Shown: positions 29,808 to 39,233 of the stretch, piece by piece
Layout: every line of letters begins with the position of its first letter
Numbering within the stretch: the first letter of the stretch is position 1
Source: an uncultured Muribaculaceae bacterium
Lineage (GTDB): Bacteria; Bacillota_I; Bacilli_A; RF39; UBA660
Assembly: GCA_964600615.1 (NCBI GenBank)
Contig: CAZRJK010000003.1
Coordinates: forward strand, 11,142 to 75,141
Direction: 5' to 3'
Length of the DNA stretch: 64,000 nucleotides
The notes under the pieces: model-generated
The model's input: only the letters and a program-made list of their open reading frames with translations
Told to the model about the DNA's origin: nothing
Database searches by the model: none
Translations under genes and position numbers: made by a program

Positions 29808-31928
29808 TTATTTTGTATATTTAGAGCTATTTTTATAATAGTTAAATTCTTTAGTTTGGTTGATAAATATGTTTATTTCAAATTTTATTTCTTCTAATTG
29901 TTTTAATATTTCTAAGGTTATTTTGTTGTATTCTTTTAAGCTTTCTATTTTTTTGTCACTTAATTCATTTAATTTTTCATTTATTATTAATAATAATTTT
30001 TCTCTTATAATTTTTCGCGTTTCATTGTTAAATAATTCTTCATTATTGCACTTAATTATTATTTCTGCTACATCTGATGTTATAGCTTTATTTTTATAAT
30101 CTTTTTCTTCTGCTGATTTTTCATTATTTATTATTTTAAGACTATCCATTAATTGAGTTATTATGTTACTATTTGTAAATAGTTCTCCTTCATATTGATC
30201 TAATCTAGCATAATTGTTTATTAATTCTAATAAAGGATGTAAATATTTTCTTATTTCTTGTTCTATATCTTCATATGTTATACTTCTTAATTTATTTTTA
30301 TCTTTCATTATTTTATCAAGTAATTTTATATATTTTTCTTTTGTTTTACTATATATATTTTTTAAATCTTCTTTATATTTACTATTTGATAGTTTATCTA
30401 TTATATAATTAATATTACCTATTAGACTGGCTAAATCATCATTTTCTTTATATTCTGTTTCATCGGTAGATATTAGTTTATCATATAATAGTTTAAATGG
30501 TTTTAGTTTTTCTCCCTCATTAACTACCTTATCATATATTTCAGTTATTTTTGTTCTTAATTCTAATTCATAATCTATATTATCATTTAATTTTATTTTA
30601 TTATCAAGGACATTTTCAAATTCGTTGCTAGCTTGTTCTAATGTTTTATCTATTATTGTCTTTAGTCTATCTAGGTAATTATTCTTTTTATCATCTGTTA
30701 AAAATTGTGAATAATATACTATATTTTTAATTAGATTATCTAGGGTATATTCATCTTTTCCTAATTCTGTTATATCTATCTTTAAATATTCTTTATACTT
30801 TGATATATCAGATATTTTTTTAATTAGATTTTGTTCTCTTGAAAGTTTTAATTTTATTGAATCTAAGTTTGCTAAAAGATTTGGTTTTAGTGTTGCTATA
30901 TTCTTTTTATATGTTCCAAATGGAGTTTCTTCTCCAAATTTTGGTTCTAAACTTGCTAAATCTTTTTCATACTCTTTTATTAATTTATTTACTTTATCTA
31001 ATATTATTTCTTTATTCGCATTATCCAATTTATCACATATTTTAATTATTTCATCTACTTTTTCTTTTATTTCTTTGTCTTTTGTGTTATCTTGAGTTTT
31101 AGTTTTTTCTTCATCGTATGATATATATGGATAATTATCTTCCCCTATAATCTCTTTAATTTGTTCTTTTTCTTCTTTGGTTAGTTTGTTTCCTTTTAAA
31201 ATTAACTGTCTTTTAATTAGTTTGTTATCTAACGTAGTTATTGAATCTTCAACCCATTGTGTTCCCATTAATTGGTCTAAAAAGTATCCTTCATTTTTTT
31301 GAAAAAAATTATATAAATCTTTAAAGTTTTTATATGTTACAATTATTGTTTTTAGTTTTTCACACTTTTTAAAGCCACATATTCTTTCAGTTGTTGATGG
31401 TAGTGTCAATGTTTCTAAACTTTTGCAATTATCAAAGGCATGGTCTTTAATTGCTTCTAGCTCTTCGGGCATTTTAATTGTCTTTAGATTTTCGCATGAC
31501 GTAAATAAATATTCATTAATTTCTTTTAAATGCTTTGGTAGTTTAACATATTCTAAATTTTCACATTTACTAAAACAACCTTCACCTATCTCTATTACTG
31601 AATCAGGTATTTCAATTCTTTTAATTTTGGAACATTCATAAAATACATAAGCGCCTATTTCTCTAGTTTTATTTGGGATTCTTATTTCTTCGATATCACT
31701 ATTTTGGAATGCTTCTCCCTCAATAAATAATAAATTTTGTGGAAGAGTTATCCTCTTTATGTAAGAATTTTTAAAACAATTATGGGCTATTACTTGTATT
31801 TTTGGTGAAACATTATAATATATCCCCTTAAAACTAGTTTTTATTGAATTAAAATCCCATGCTAAAGCTCTTAATACTATCTTTTTGTTATCTATATAGT
31901 AATCTAAATATTCTGTTTTTAATCCCAC
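29808..31928 (-). CDS. Leaderless BspA-type LRR plus long coiled-coil protein, paralogue C (GTG start)
   Basis: Same architecture with a divergent LRR N-terminus. The start codon is GTG where A and B have ATG in the same context. The start lies 1 nt after the ygjV-like stop. Confidence 0.78.
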   Translation of the reverse strand: MGLKTEYLDYYIDNKKIVLRALAWDFNSIKTSFKGIYYNVSPKIQVIAHNCFKNSYIKRITLPQNLLFIEGEAFQNSDIEEIRIPNKTREIGAYVFYECSKIKRIEIPDSVIEIGEGCFSKCENLEYVKLPKHLKEINEYLFTSCENLKTIKMPEELEAIKDHAFDNCKSLETLTLPSTTERICGFKKCEKLKTIIVTYKNFKDLYNFFQKNEGYFLDQLMGTQWVEDSITTLDNKLIKRQLILKGNKLTKEEKEQIKEIIGEDNYPYISYDEEKTKTQDNTKDKEIKEKVDEIIKICDKLDNANKEIILDKVNKLIKEYEKDLASLEPKFGEETPFGTYKKNIATLKPNLLANLDSIKLKLSREQNLIKKISDISKYKEYLKIDITELGKDEYTLDNLIKNIVYYSQFLTDDKKNNYLDRLKTIIDKTLEQASNEFENVLDNKIKLNDNIDYELELRTKITEIYDKVVNEGEKLKPFKLLYDKLISTDETEYKENDDLASLIGNINYIIDKLSNSKYKEDLKNIYSKTKEKYIKLLDKIMKDKNKLRSITYEDIEQEIRKYLHPLLELINNYARLDQYEGELFTNSNIITQLMDSLKIINNEKSAEEKDYKNKAITSDVAEIIIKCNNEELFNNETRKIIREKLLLIINEKLNELSDKKIESLKEYNKITLEILKQLEEIKFEINIFINQTKEFNYYKNSSKYTK
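30150..31081. repeat. About 0.9-kb near-identical block shared by paralogues B and C (copy in C)
   Basis: Matches 27814..28745. Confidence 0.85.
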
Positions 31929-31929
31929 G

Positions 31930-32433
31930 CTATACCTTCTTTCTTTTTTGTAATATTGGTATTAATAATACTATGTTTGATATTGCTATTATTCCATCTA
32001 TTAATAATCCTGCCCAAGATAGGACATAAATATTATATATTACCCAAATTGTATATGAGATGCAGGCTCCTAATGTTACATATTTTTTTTCTAATGTTAG
32101 AGTGTAACCATCTATTAGGCTTGCTGCTATTGGTAAATAGTCATACCAAGTTCTTACGGAAAAGAAACTGATTAATAGATATATTATAGCACTTATAATA
32201 AAGATATATTTATCTTTATCTGTTTTATAATATAGAAAATCTCTAGTTCCTTCTAATAAATATATAAATGCTCCGCTGTATGCTCCTAATAATAAATAGT
32301 GAATGAAATCTAATGAATTTGATATTATATGAAATGATAATACTTTGTTAGTATCTTTTCTAAAGTAACTTAATATTAAGAATATTCCAGCTATTAGTCC
32401 TATTAATTGTATTATTATGAAGTTAATATTCAT
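31930..32433 (-). CDS. YgjV-like inner membrane protein
   Basis: 167 aa with about five TM segments. The resemblance to the YgjV family is by pattern only. Confidence 0.45.
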   Translation of the reverse strand: MNINFIIIQLIGLIAGIFLILSYFRKDTNKVLSFHIISNSLDFIHYLLLGAYSGAFIYLLEGTRDFLYYKTDKDKYIFIISAIIYLLISFFSVRTWYDYLPIAASLIDGYTLTLEKKYVTLGACISYTIWVIYNIYVLSWAGLLIDGIIAISNIVLLIPILQKRKKV

Positions 32434-32448
32434 ATTAGATTCTTCTTT

Positions 32449-33444
32449 CTATTTTATATCTGCCCATAATTTATCGTATAATGATATATGTTCACCTATA
32501 TTTTTTACATAATATCCATTTTTAAAGATACTTGCTGGTTCTATTATACTTTCCTGTATTATATTATTGGGACTTATATATGGGTATTCTTTTACTATTT
32601 CTTTGCTTACTTCATTTCTTAATAAGTAATTTATAAATAAATATGCATTATTTATATTTTTTGCTCCATCTACTATACAATAATTATCTGTACTTATTGC
32701 ATGTCCTTCTAATGGATCAATTATTTCAATATTATGATTTTCATTTTTAGCTATTTCAGCTTCAGCGTTCCACATTATTCCTATATCTGCTTCTTCCGTA
32801 ATGAAGAAAGTTTTAGGGCTATCACTGTCATATGCTTTAATATTATTTTTTAGTTCTAGTAGCCATTCTTTAGCTTTAGTTAAGGAATTAGTACTTGTTT
32901 CATTCATTCCTAAATTATTAGCAAGTAATGACATACCTATTACTATTCTTTGGTCATCTATCATGACAATATTATTTTTATAATTAGTATTTAATAGGTC
33001 GTTATATCCTCTAATATCGTCTTTTATTTTATCTTTATTTACTGCTATTACAACAATTGTACTTAAGAAAGGATATGAATATTCATTATTATAGTCATAT
33101 GGTTGATTTAAAAACATTTTATTTAAATTTATTACATTAGGTAATCTATCTTTTTCTAATTTTTGGATTAGTCCTCTTTCTTTCATTAATTCTACCATAT
33201 AATCACTGGGAAATATTACATCATATGTTCCTTTTTTAGATGAAGTTATTTTGGCTAATAATTCTTCGTTTGAAGAATAAGTTCCATAATTTACTTTAAT
33301 GTTATATTCTTTTTCAAAATTATCTATTACTTCATCTGGTATATATGAAGACCAATTTAAAACGTTAACTACCTTTTTGTTAGTTGTATTATTACATCCT
33401 GTAAATAATATTAATATTACAAGTAATAATATTGTTTTTTTCAT
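32449..33444 (-). CDS. potD: Spermidine/putrescine ABC transporter substrate-binding lipoprotein
   Basis: Lipobox LFTGC and PotD-like sequence (NWSSYIPDEVI..FEKEY.IKVNY). It is the last gene of potABCD. Confidence 0.88.
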   Translation of the reverse strand: MKKTILLLVILILFTGCNNTTNKKVVNVLNWSSYIPDEVIDNFEKEYNIKVNYGTYSSNEELLAKITSSKKGTYDVIFPSDYMVELMKERGLIQKLEKDRLPNVINLNKMFLNQPYDYNNEYSYPFLSTIVVIAVNKDKIKDDIRGYNDLLNTNYKNNIVMIDDQRIVIGMSLLANNLGMNETSTNSLTKAKEWLLELKNNIKAYDSDSPKTFFITEEADIGIMWNAEAEIAKNENHNIEIIDPLEGHAISTDNYCIVDGAKNINNAYLFINYLLRNEVSKEIVKEYPYISPNNIIQESIIEPASIFKNGYYVKNIGEHISLYDKLWADIK

Positions 33445-34229
33445 GACCTATCACCTTCTATAATGCTTTTAGATTGGTATAAGGCTGATATAGTTAATAA
33501 TACTATTGTTACTATTAACATTACGGTTGATAACGCATTTACATCAGGAGTTATTCCAGTTTTTATCATAGAATATATTTTTAATGGTAAGGTATTGCTT
33601 CCTGGTCCTGCGGTAAAATAGCTTATTACTACATCGTCTAATGATAAGGTAAATGATAGTGTTGCTCCACTTATTACACCTGGCATTATTGCAGGTAATG
33701 TTACTTTAAAGAATGTATTTAAGGGGTTAGCTCCTAAATCTTGTGCTGCTTCTTCATATGTAGTTATTAAGGGAGATAAATTAGATCTTACACTTACTAT
33801 TACAAAAGGTATAGAGAATGCTATATGGGATAGTATTAGTGTAGGCATTCCTAATTCTAATTTCATTAGGGTATAGATTGATAATAAAGAAATACCTAAT
33901 ACTATTTCTGGTATTACTATTGGTATATATATTAATTTATTTATTAATCCTTTAAATGGAAAGTTATATTTATATAGTCCTACTGCTCCTAGAGTACCTA
34001 TAATGGTTGATACTACTGTACTAGTTATGGCTATTATCATGGTATTTCCAAATGCTTCTAATAGGTCAGTATTAGTTAGCATTGTTTTATACCATTCTAG
34101 GGTAAATCCTTCAAAAATTATATTCATTTTTGAGGTATTAAATGAATATGCTATTAAAATTACTATTGGTAGAAATAGGAAGATAAATACTAATGCTACA
34201 AATAAGTTTTTTAAAGTTTTATTTTTCAT
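33441..34229 (-). CDS. potC: Spermidine/putrescine ABC transporter permease
   Basis: Six-TM permease with an EAA-like loop (EEAAQDLGANPLNTFFKVTLP). Confidence 0.88.
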   Translation of the reverse strand: MKNKTLKNLFVALVFIFLFLPIVILIAYSFNTSKMNIIFEGFTLEWYKTMLTNTDLLEAFGNTMIIAITSTVVSTIIGTLGAVGLYKYNFPFKGLINKLIYIPIVIPEIVLGISLLSIYTLMKLELGMPTLILSHIAFSIPFVIVSVRSNLSPLITTYEEAAQDLGANPLNTFFKVTLPAIMPGVISGATLSFTLSLDDVVISYFTAGPGSNTLPLKIYSMIKTGITPDVNALSTVMLIVTIVLLTISALYQSKSIIEGDRS

Positions 34230-35086
34230 TACATACCTCCTAAATCATCTAATTTACCACCTGTTTTTTGATATAGTCTTACTAATAAGAAGGTTATTAT
34301 GATTAAGAATATAGATATAGCTGAACCTAGTGGCCAATTTCTTGCAGTTAAGAATTGATTCTTTATTAAGTTACCGATTATCATTACTTTACCTCCACCT
34401 AGGATATCAGAGATAAAGAAATATCCTATAGCAGGCATAAACACCATTAGAGAACCATTAAATACTCCAGATATAGTTTCTGGAATAATTATATTCTTAA
34501 ATATTTGGAATGGTTTTGCTCCTAGGTCTCTAGCAGCTTCTATTATATTGTTATCTATTTTAAAGACAGCACTACAAACTGGTAAAATCATAAATGGTAA
34601 TAATGTATAAGTCATACCTATTATTATTCCAAAGTTATTATACATTAGTTCTAATGGTTTAGTAATTATATTAGCACCTAATAAAGTATTATTAATTACA
34701 CCATTTTTTCTTAATAATACTATCCATCCATAGGTTCTAATAAGTGAATTAGTTAAGAATGGTATCATTACTAATTTAGTCATTAGGTTTCTTACTTTTT
34801 CACTTTTTTCTCTTAATATTAAGGCAAATGGATATGATATACAAATACATATAAATGTTGTTAATATTCCTATTAGGCTAGATTTTAATAAGATTTTTAT
34901 ATAAGTTATATTAATAATTGTTAAATAATTGTTTAAACTGAAATTATATATTACTCCTCCATAGGAATCACTTTTACAAAAACTTAAAAATAATATATAT
35001 AATAATGGTAATAAAATTAGTATAATACTGTAAATTACTACTGGTGATAAGAATAAATATTTAAATATATTATTATTCTTTTTCAT
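34229..35086 (-). CDS. potB: Spermidine/putrescine ABC transporter permease
   Basis: Six-TM permease with an EAA loop (IEAARDLGAKPFQIFKNIIIP). Confidence 0.88.
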   Translation of the reverse strand: MKKNNNIFKYLFLSPVVIYSIILILLPLLYILFLSFCKSDSYGGVIYNFSLNNYLTIINITYIKILLKSSLIGILTTFICICISYPFALILREKSEKVRNLMTKLVMIPFLTNSLIRTYGWIVLLRKNGVINNTLLGANIITKPLELMYNNFGIIIGMTYTLLPFMILPVCSAVFKIDNNIIEAARDLGAKPFQIFKNIIIPETISGVFNGSLMVFMPAIGYFFISDILGGGKVMIIGNLIKNQFLTARNWPLGSAISIFLIIITFLLVRLYQKTGGKLDDLGGM

Positions 35087-36158
35087 TTGTTGTGCCTCTT
35101 ATTGGTACGACATACTCTTCATCAAGTTTTAAATATATTGTTTCTTCCTCGTTAATATCAATATTACCATTAATATTTACTTTTAAATTTAAATCTCCTT
35201 CGGTATCGATAAATAGTTTTGTTACTGATCCATCATAAACAACATCTTTTACTATTCCTTTTATACTAGCTTTTAATTCGTTTTTAGATAATTTAATATT
35301 TTCTGGTCTTATTAATAAATTTATTTTGTCTTCTCTTTTATCAAAATCTTCTTTAGGAAATGTAAATGTTATTTTATCTTCGTTAGTTATTACTTTTATT
35401 TTATCTTTAGTTACTTCTTTTATTGTACTAGGTATAATATTTGATTCACCTATAAAATCTGCAGCAAAGACTGTTTTAGGATGACGATAGATGTTTTGGG
35501 GAGTATCATTTTGTTCAATTTTACCTTTTTCTATTATTACTATTCTATCACTCATAGTTAGTGCTTCGTCTTGATCATGAGTTACATAGATAAATGTTAT
35601 TCCTGATTGTTTTTGTATTTTTTTTAATTCTATTTGCATTTTTCTTTTTAATTTTAAATCTAGGGAGCATAATGATTCATCTAGTAATAATACTTTGGGA
35701 TTCATTACTATTCCTCTTGCGATAGCTACTCTTTGTTGTTGGCCTCCTGATAATTGGGAAGGTAATCTATCTTCAAATCCTTCTAATTTTACTAGTTTTA
35801 TTACTTTCTTTACCCTTTTATTTATTTCTGTTTGGGATAGTTTTTTCATTCTTAATCCAAAACTTATATTATCCCAAGTTGTCATGTGTGGAAATAAAGC
35901 AAAATTTTGAAAAATAGTATTTACTTCTCTTTTAGTAGGATCTACTTCTGTTACATCAATATCATCTATGTATACTTTACCTTCTGTTACGTGTTCTAGC
36001 CCTGATATCATTCTTAAAATAGTAGTTTTACCACATCCTGAAGAACCTAATAAGGTTAAGAATTCTCCTTCATATACATCTAGTGATAAATTCTTTATTA
36101 CGTAGTTGTCATTAAACTTTTTAGATACGTTATCTAATCTAACTAATACTTTATCCAT
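35073..36158 (-). CDS. potA: Spermidine/putrescine ABC transporter ATPase
   Basis: Walker A GSSGCGKTT, signature LSGGQQQRV and Walker B LLLDESL, with a C-terminal regulatory domain. The ORF extends to 36176; MDKVLV at 36158 is the likelier start. Confidence 0.9.
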   Translation of the reverse strand: MDKVLVRLDNVSKKFNDNYVIKNLSLDVYEGEFLTLLGSSGCGKTTILRMISGLEHVTEGKVYIDDIDVTEVDPTKREVNTIFQNFALFPHMTTWDNISFGLRMKKLSQTEINKRVKKVIKLVKLEGFEDRLPSQLSGGQQQRVAIARGIVMNPKVLLLDESLCSLDLKLKRKMQIELKKIQKQSGITFIYVTHDQDEALTMSDRIVIIEKGKIEQNDTPQNIYRHPKTVFAADFIGESNIIPSTIKEVTKDKIKVITNEDKITFTFPKEDFDKREDKINLLIRPENIKLSKNELKASIKGIVKDVVYDGSVTKLFIDTEGDLNLKVNINGNIDINEEETIYLKLDEEYVVPIRGTTNEKE

Positions 36159-36195
36159 AATCATCCATCCTATCATATATAATTATAACAAATTA

Positions 36196-36230
36196 AAGAA
36201 AAAAAGACAACTAATGATTAGTTATCTTTT
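36196..36230 (-). terminator. Intrinsic terminator after glyQS
   Basis: Long imperfect stem (AAAGACAACTAAT/ATTAGTTATCTTT) followed by a run of 7 U on the minus strand. Confidence 0.6.
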
Positions 36231-37602
36231 AGAATTTTATTCTATCATTTATATATTTTTCTACTTTACTAATTGGTAAGGTTATTTGTTCCATTGTATC
36301 TCTATCTCTGATAGTAACTGTTTTATTGTTTAGTGTTTCATCATCGATAGTTATACAGAATGGTGTACCTATAGCATCTTGTCTTCTATATCTTTTACCT
36401 ATTGATCCTGATTCATCATATGTTACCATAAAACTTTTACTTAGTTTTTGATATAGTTTTTTTGCTTTATCTGTATGATATTTTTTTACTAATGGTAAGA
36501 TACAGCATTTATATGGAGCTAGATATGGATGAAAATGCATTACTTCTCTGGTGTCATTTTCTAATTGTTCTACTTCATAAGAATTACATAATACTGTTAA
36601 TACTGTTCTTTCTACTCCTACTGATGGTTCTATTACATATGGGATATATTTTTCATTTGTTTCTGGATCTATATAAGTCATATTGGTATTTGATACATTT
36701 TGATGTTGGGTTAAGTCATAATCCGTTCTTGAGGCTATTCCCCATAATTCTCCCCAACCAAATGGGAATTTATATTCTATATCGGTAGTAGCATTACTAT
36801 AAAAACTTAATTCTTCTTTGGAATGATCTCTTAATCTTAATTTATCTTTATCTATACCTAATGATAATAAATAATTATAACAAAAATCTTTATAGTATTT
36901 ATGCCATTTTAATTCTGTTCCTGGTTTACAGAAAAATTCTAATTCCATTTGTTCAAATTCTCTTACTCTAAAGATAAAATTACCTGGTGTTATTTCATTC
37001 CTAAAGCTCTTTCCTACTTGTCCAATACCAAATGGTACTTTTAATCTCATACTTCTTTGAACGTTTAAGAAATCTACAAATATTCCTTGAGCTGTTTCTG
37101 GCCTTAAATATACTGTATCTTTTGCGTCTTCTGTTACTCCTTGGAATGTTTTAAACATTAGGTTAAAGTTTCTTATATCTGTAAAATTACTTTTACCACA
37201 TTTTGGACATGGTATTTTATTATCTTTGATATATTTGATCATATCTTCTTGTTTTAGAGAATCTCCTAATTCACTGTTAGTAAAATCATTTATTAATTTA
37301 TCTGCTCTATGTCTTGTTTTGCATTCTTTACAATCTATTAGAGGGTCTGTAAATGTTTTTAAGTGCCCTGATGCTTTCCATGATTTAGGATTCATTAATA
37401 TAGCGCTATCCATTCCTACGTTATTAGGATCTTCTTGAATAAATTTCTTTAACCAAGCTTTCTTTATATTATCTTTTAATAAAGCTCCTACTGGGCCATA
37501 ATCCCAAGTATTAGCTAGTCCTCCGTATATTTCACTTCCTTGGAATATAAATCCATATTGTTTGCAATAATTTACTAATTCTTGCATTGTTAATTCTTTC
37601 AT
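36229..37602 (-). CDS. glyQS: Glycine--tRNA ligase (class II, single-chain)
   Basis: 457 aa with GlyQS-type motifs ([33 protein letters not shown]) and a C-terminal anticodon-binding domain. Confidence 0.93.
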   Translation of the reverse strand: MKELTMQELVNYCKQYGFIFQGSEIYGGLANTWDYGPVGALLKDNIKKAWLKKFIQEDPNNVGMDSAILMNPKSWKASGHLKTFTDPLIDCKECKTRHRADKLINDFTNSELGDSLKQEDMIKYIKDNKIPCPKCGKSNFTDIRNFNLMFKTFQGVTEDAKDTVYLRPETAQGIFVDFLNVQRSMRLKVPFGIGQVGKSFRNEITPGNFIFRVREFEQMELEFFCKPGTELKWHKYYKDFCYNYLLSLGIDKDKLRLRDHSKEELSFYSNATTDIEYKFPFGWGELWGIASRTDYDLTQHQNVSNTNMTYIDPETNEKYIPYVIEPSVGVERTVLTVLCNSYEVEQLENDTREVMHFHPYLAPYKCCILPLVKKYHTDKAKKLYQKLSKSFMVTYDESGSIGKRYRRQDAIGTPFCITIDDETLNNKTVTIRDRDTMEQITLPISKVEKYINDRIKF

Positions 37603-37790
37603 TTTATCCTCCTTTGATATAAAAAGAGAGATTCTCTAGTTATAAGGACGAAGTGTTCTCCGCGGTTCCACCTTATTTATTCATAAGAATCTCTCTTTGT
37701 ATATAGCTCCATAGACGCCACTCTATATCTTCGCTTTTCAATATCGATATATTTATTTTAATATTTTATTCTTATTTAGTCAAGTATAAC
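37603..37790 (-). promoter_or_regulatory. T-box leader (tRNA-Gly-sensing riboswitch) of glyQS
   Basis: Minus strand carries AAATAAGGTGGAACCGCGG (37660..37678), the T-box consensus. A 13-bp perfect inverted repeat (37686..37698 with 37623..37635) plus a U-run forms the terminator. A GGC candidate specifier lies in AGAGTGGCG at about 37716..37724. Confidence 0.75.
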
Positions 37791-37794
37791 ATTA

Positions 37795-38568
37795 TTAATC
37801 GAATCTTTCAAGGTTATAATCTTCTATAATTCTTTTATATAGGTCTATCTTAGGTTCTTCTCCCTCTGGTACCGGTGTATAACCATCCATAAATGATCTA
37901 TAACTTTCAATATCATTATTATTCTTACATTCAGGGTGATATATATATATTAAATTAGCATAATCTTCTATACATTCTTCTATAGAAGAATATTGTCTCA
38001 TTGCTTCTTGCGTATAATATATTTTATTATTTTTGTCTTTTTGAGTAACCTTACACAAACGCTTTGCTCTTGTCTTAGCCCATTCAGATGTTTGGATATC
38101 AAAATCAATATTCATTTGATAGTTTACTCCCAAAATATTGTTACACGTATTAGTTAATGTAGTTCCATCATCATTATAACTCTTAGGAGTCCGCATCCAA
38201 CCTGATTCATTAATAATTTGGGCAATAATAAGTGAGTTTTTTATTCCATATTTTTCATGTTGTGCATTTCTAACTATATTAGCTATTTTCCAAATAAACT
38301 CTTCACAAGCCTTGGAATCACCTTCATACGCTCTATCACCTAATTCATTAAATTCCTTTGCCTGCGTAGAAGAACTTAGACCTAAACTGACTTCTTCCCT
38401 ATTATTGGGTCTATTATTTCTTACAGCATAATCATATTCTGCTTGATACTTTTCATACAAATCAACTGACTCAACATCTTTATTTCCTAATGCTCTAGTA
38501 TTATAAGGACCACCACTATCATTATCCCAATTAAAACTATTTTCTACTCCTTTTATTTGTGAACCCAT
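37795..38568 (-). CDS. Glucosaminidase (FlgJ/LytD-type) domain protein without export signal
   Basis: The LIIAQIINESGWM...NNILGVNY motif is typical of the mannosyl-glycoprotein endo-beta-N-acetylglucosaminidase family. Paralogous to the C-terminal half of 44136..45341. No signal peptide. Confidence 0.65.
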   Translation of the reverse strand: MGSQIKGVENSFNWDNDSGGPYNTRALGNKDVESVDLYEKYQAEYDYAVRNNRPNNREEVSLGLSSSTQAKEFNELGDRAYEGDSKACEEFIWKIANIVRNAQHEKYGIKNSLIIAQIINESGWMRTPKSYNDDGTTLTNTCNNILGVNYQMNIDFDIQTSEWAKTRAKRLCKVTQKDKNNKIYYTQEAMRQYSSIEECIEDYANLIYIYHPECKNNNDIESYRSFMDGYTPVPEGEEPKIDLYKRIIEDYNLERFD

Positions 38569-38606
38569 TCCACATCATCCTCCTAGTTTTATTAAATTAG
38601 CATTCT

Positions 38607-39233
38607 TTAAATAGTCGTTTTTGTTATGGCTTTTAGTTCATATTTTTCAAAATCCAACTTAAATATATTAGGATCTTTAATATCACTATTTAATATTTGC
38701 TTATTATTAAATATAGCATTGCCATCATAATTAATAATACACCATTTTTTTAATAAATACAATATACAAACACTATGTGTGACAATAACTATATTTTTGT
38801 TATTATGTTTATTTAATACTTCACTAATAAAACTATACATTCTATTTCTAACTTCCTCTTGAGACTCACCATTCATTAATTTATAATTACTATCTAAAAA
38901 TGATTGTTCATAATAATAATTAGGTAACTCGCTTAATTTATTTATTCCTATCTTTCTTAAATCTAATCTATTATCCAATCTAACCTTTCTTTTAAACTTA
39001 ATTGACAAATAATTAGCTGTTTCTATAGCAGTATTATATGTACTAGAATAAATATAATTAATATTATCTAAACATTTACTTATTTTAATTGCACTATCTA
39101 TTCCTTCCTTATTAAGAGATAAATTTCTTATTCTATATTCAATATTATCATTATTCTTATCATTAATTAGCCGCTTATTGGCTATATTATTAGACACTAA
39201 ATAAATTGTTATTTTATTCACTTTGTAACTCAA
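38607..39233 (-). CDS. Histidine-phosphatase-like protein with degenerate catalytic motif
   Basis: Overall pattern and the VIVTHSVCI segment resemble the phosphoglycerate-mutase-like family. The N-terminal RHG motif reads LVSNN. Confidence 0.35.
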   Translation of the reverse strand: MSYKVNKITIYLVSNNIANKRLINDKNNDNIEYRIRNLSLNKEGIDSAIKISKCLDNINYIYSSTYNTAIETANYLSIKFKRKVRLDNRLDLRKIGINKLSELPNYYYEQSFLDSNYKLMNGESQEEVRNRMYSFISEVLNKHNNKNIVIVTHSVCILYLLKKWCIINYDGNAIFNNKQILNSDIKDPNIFKLDFEKYELKAITKTTI

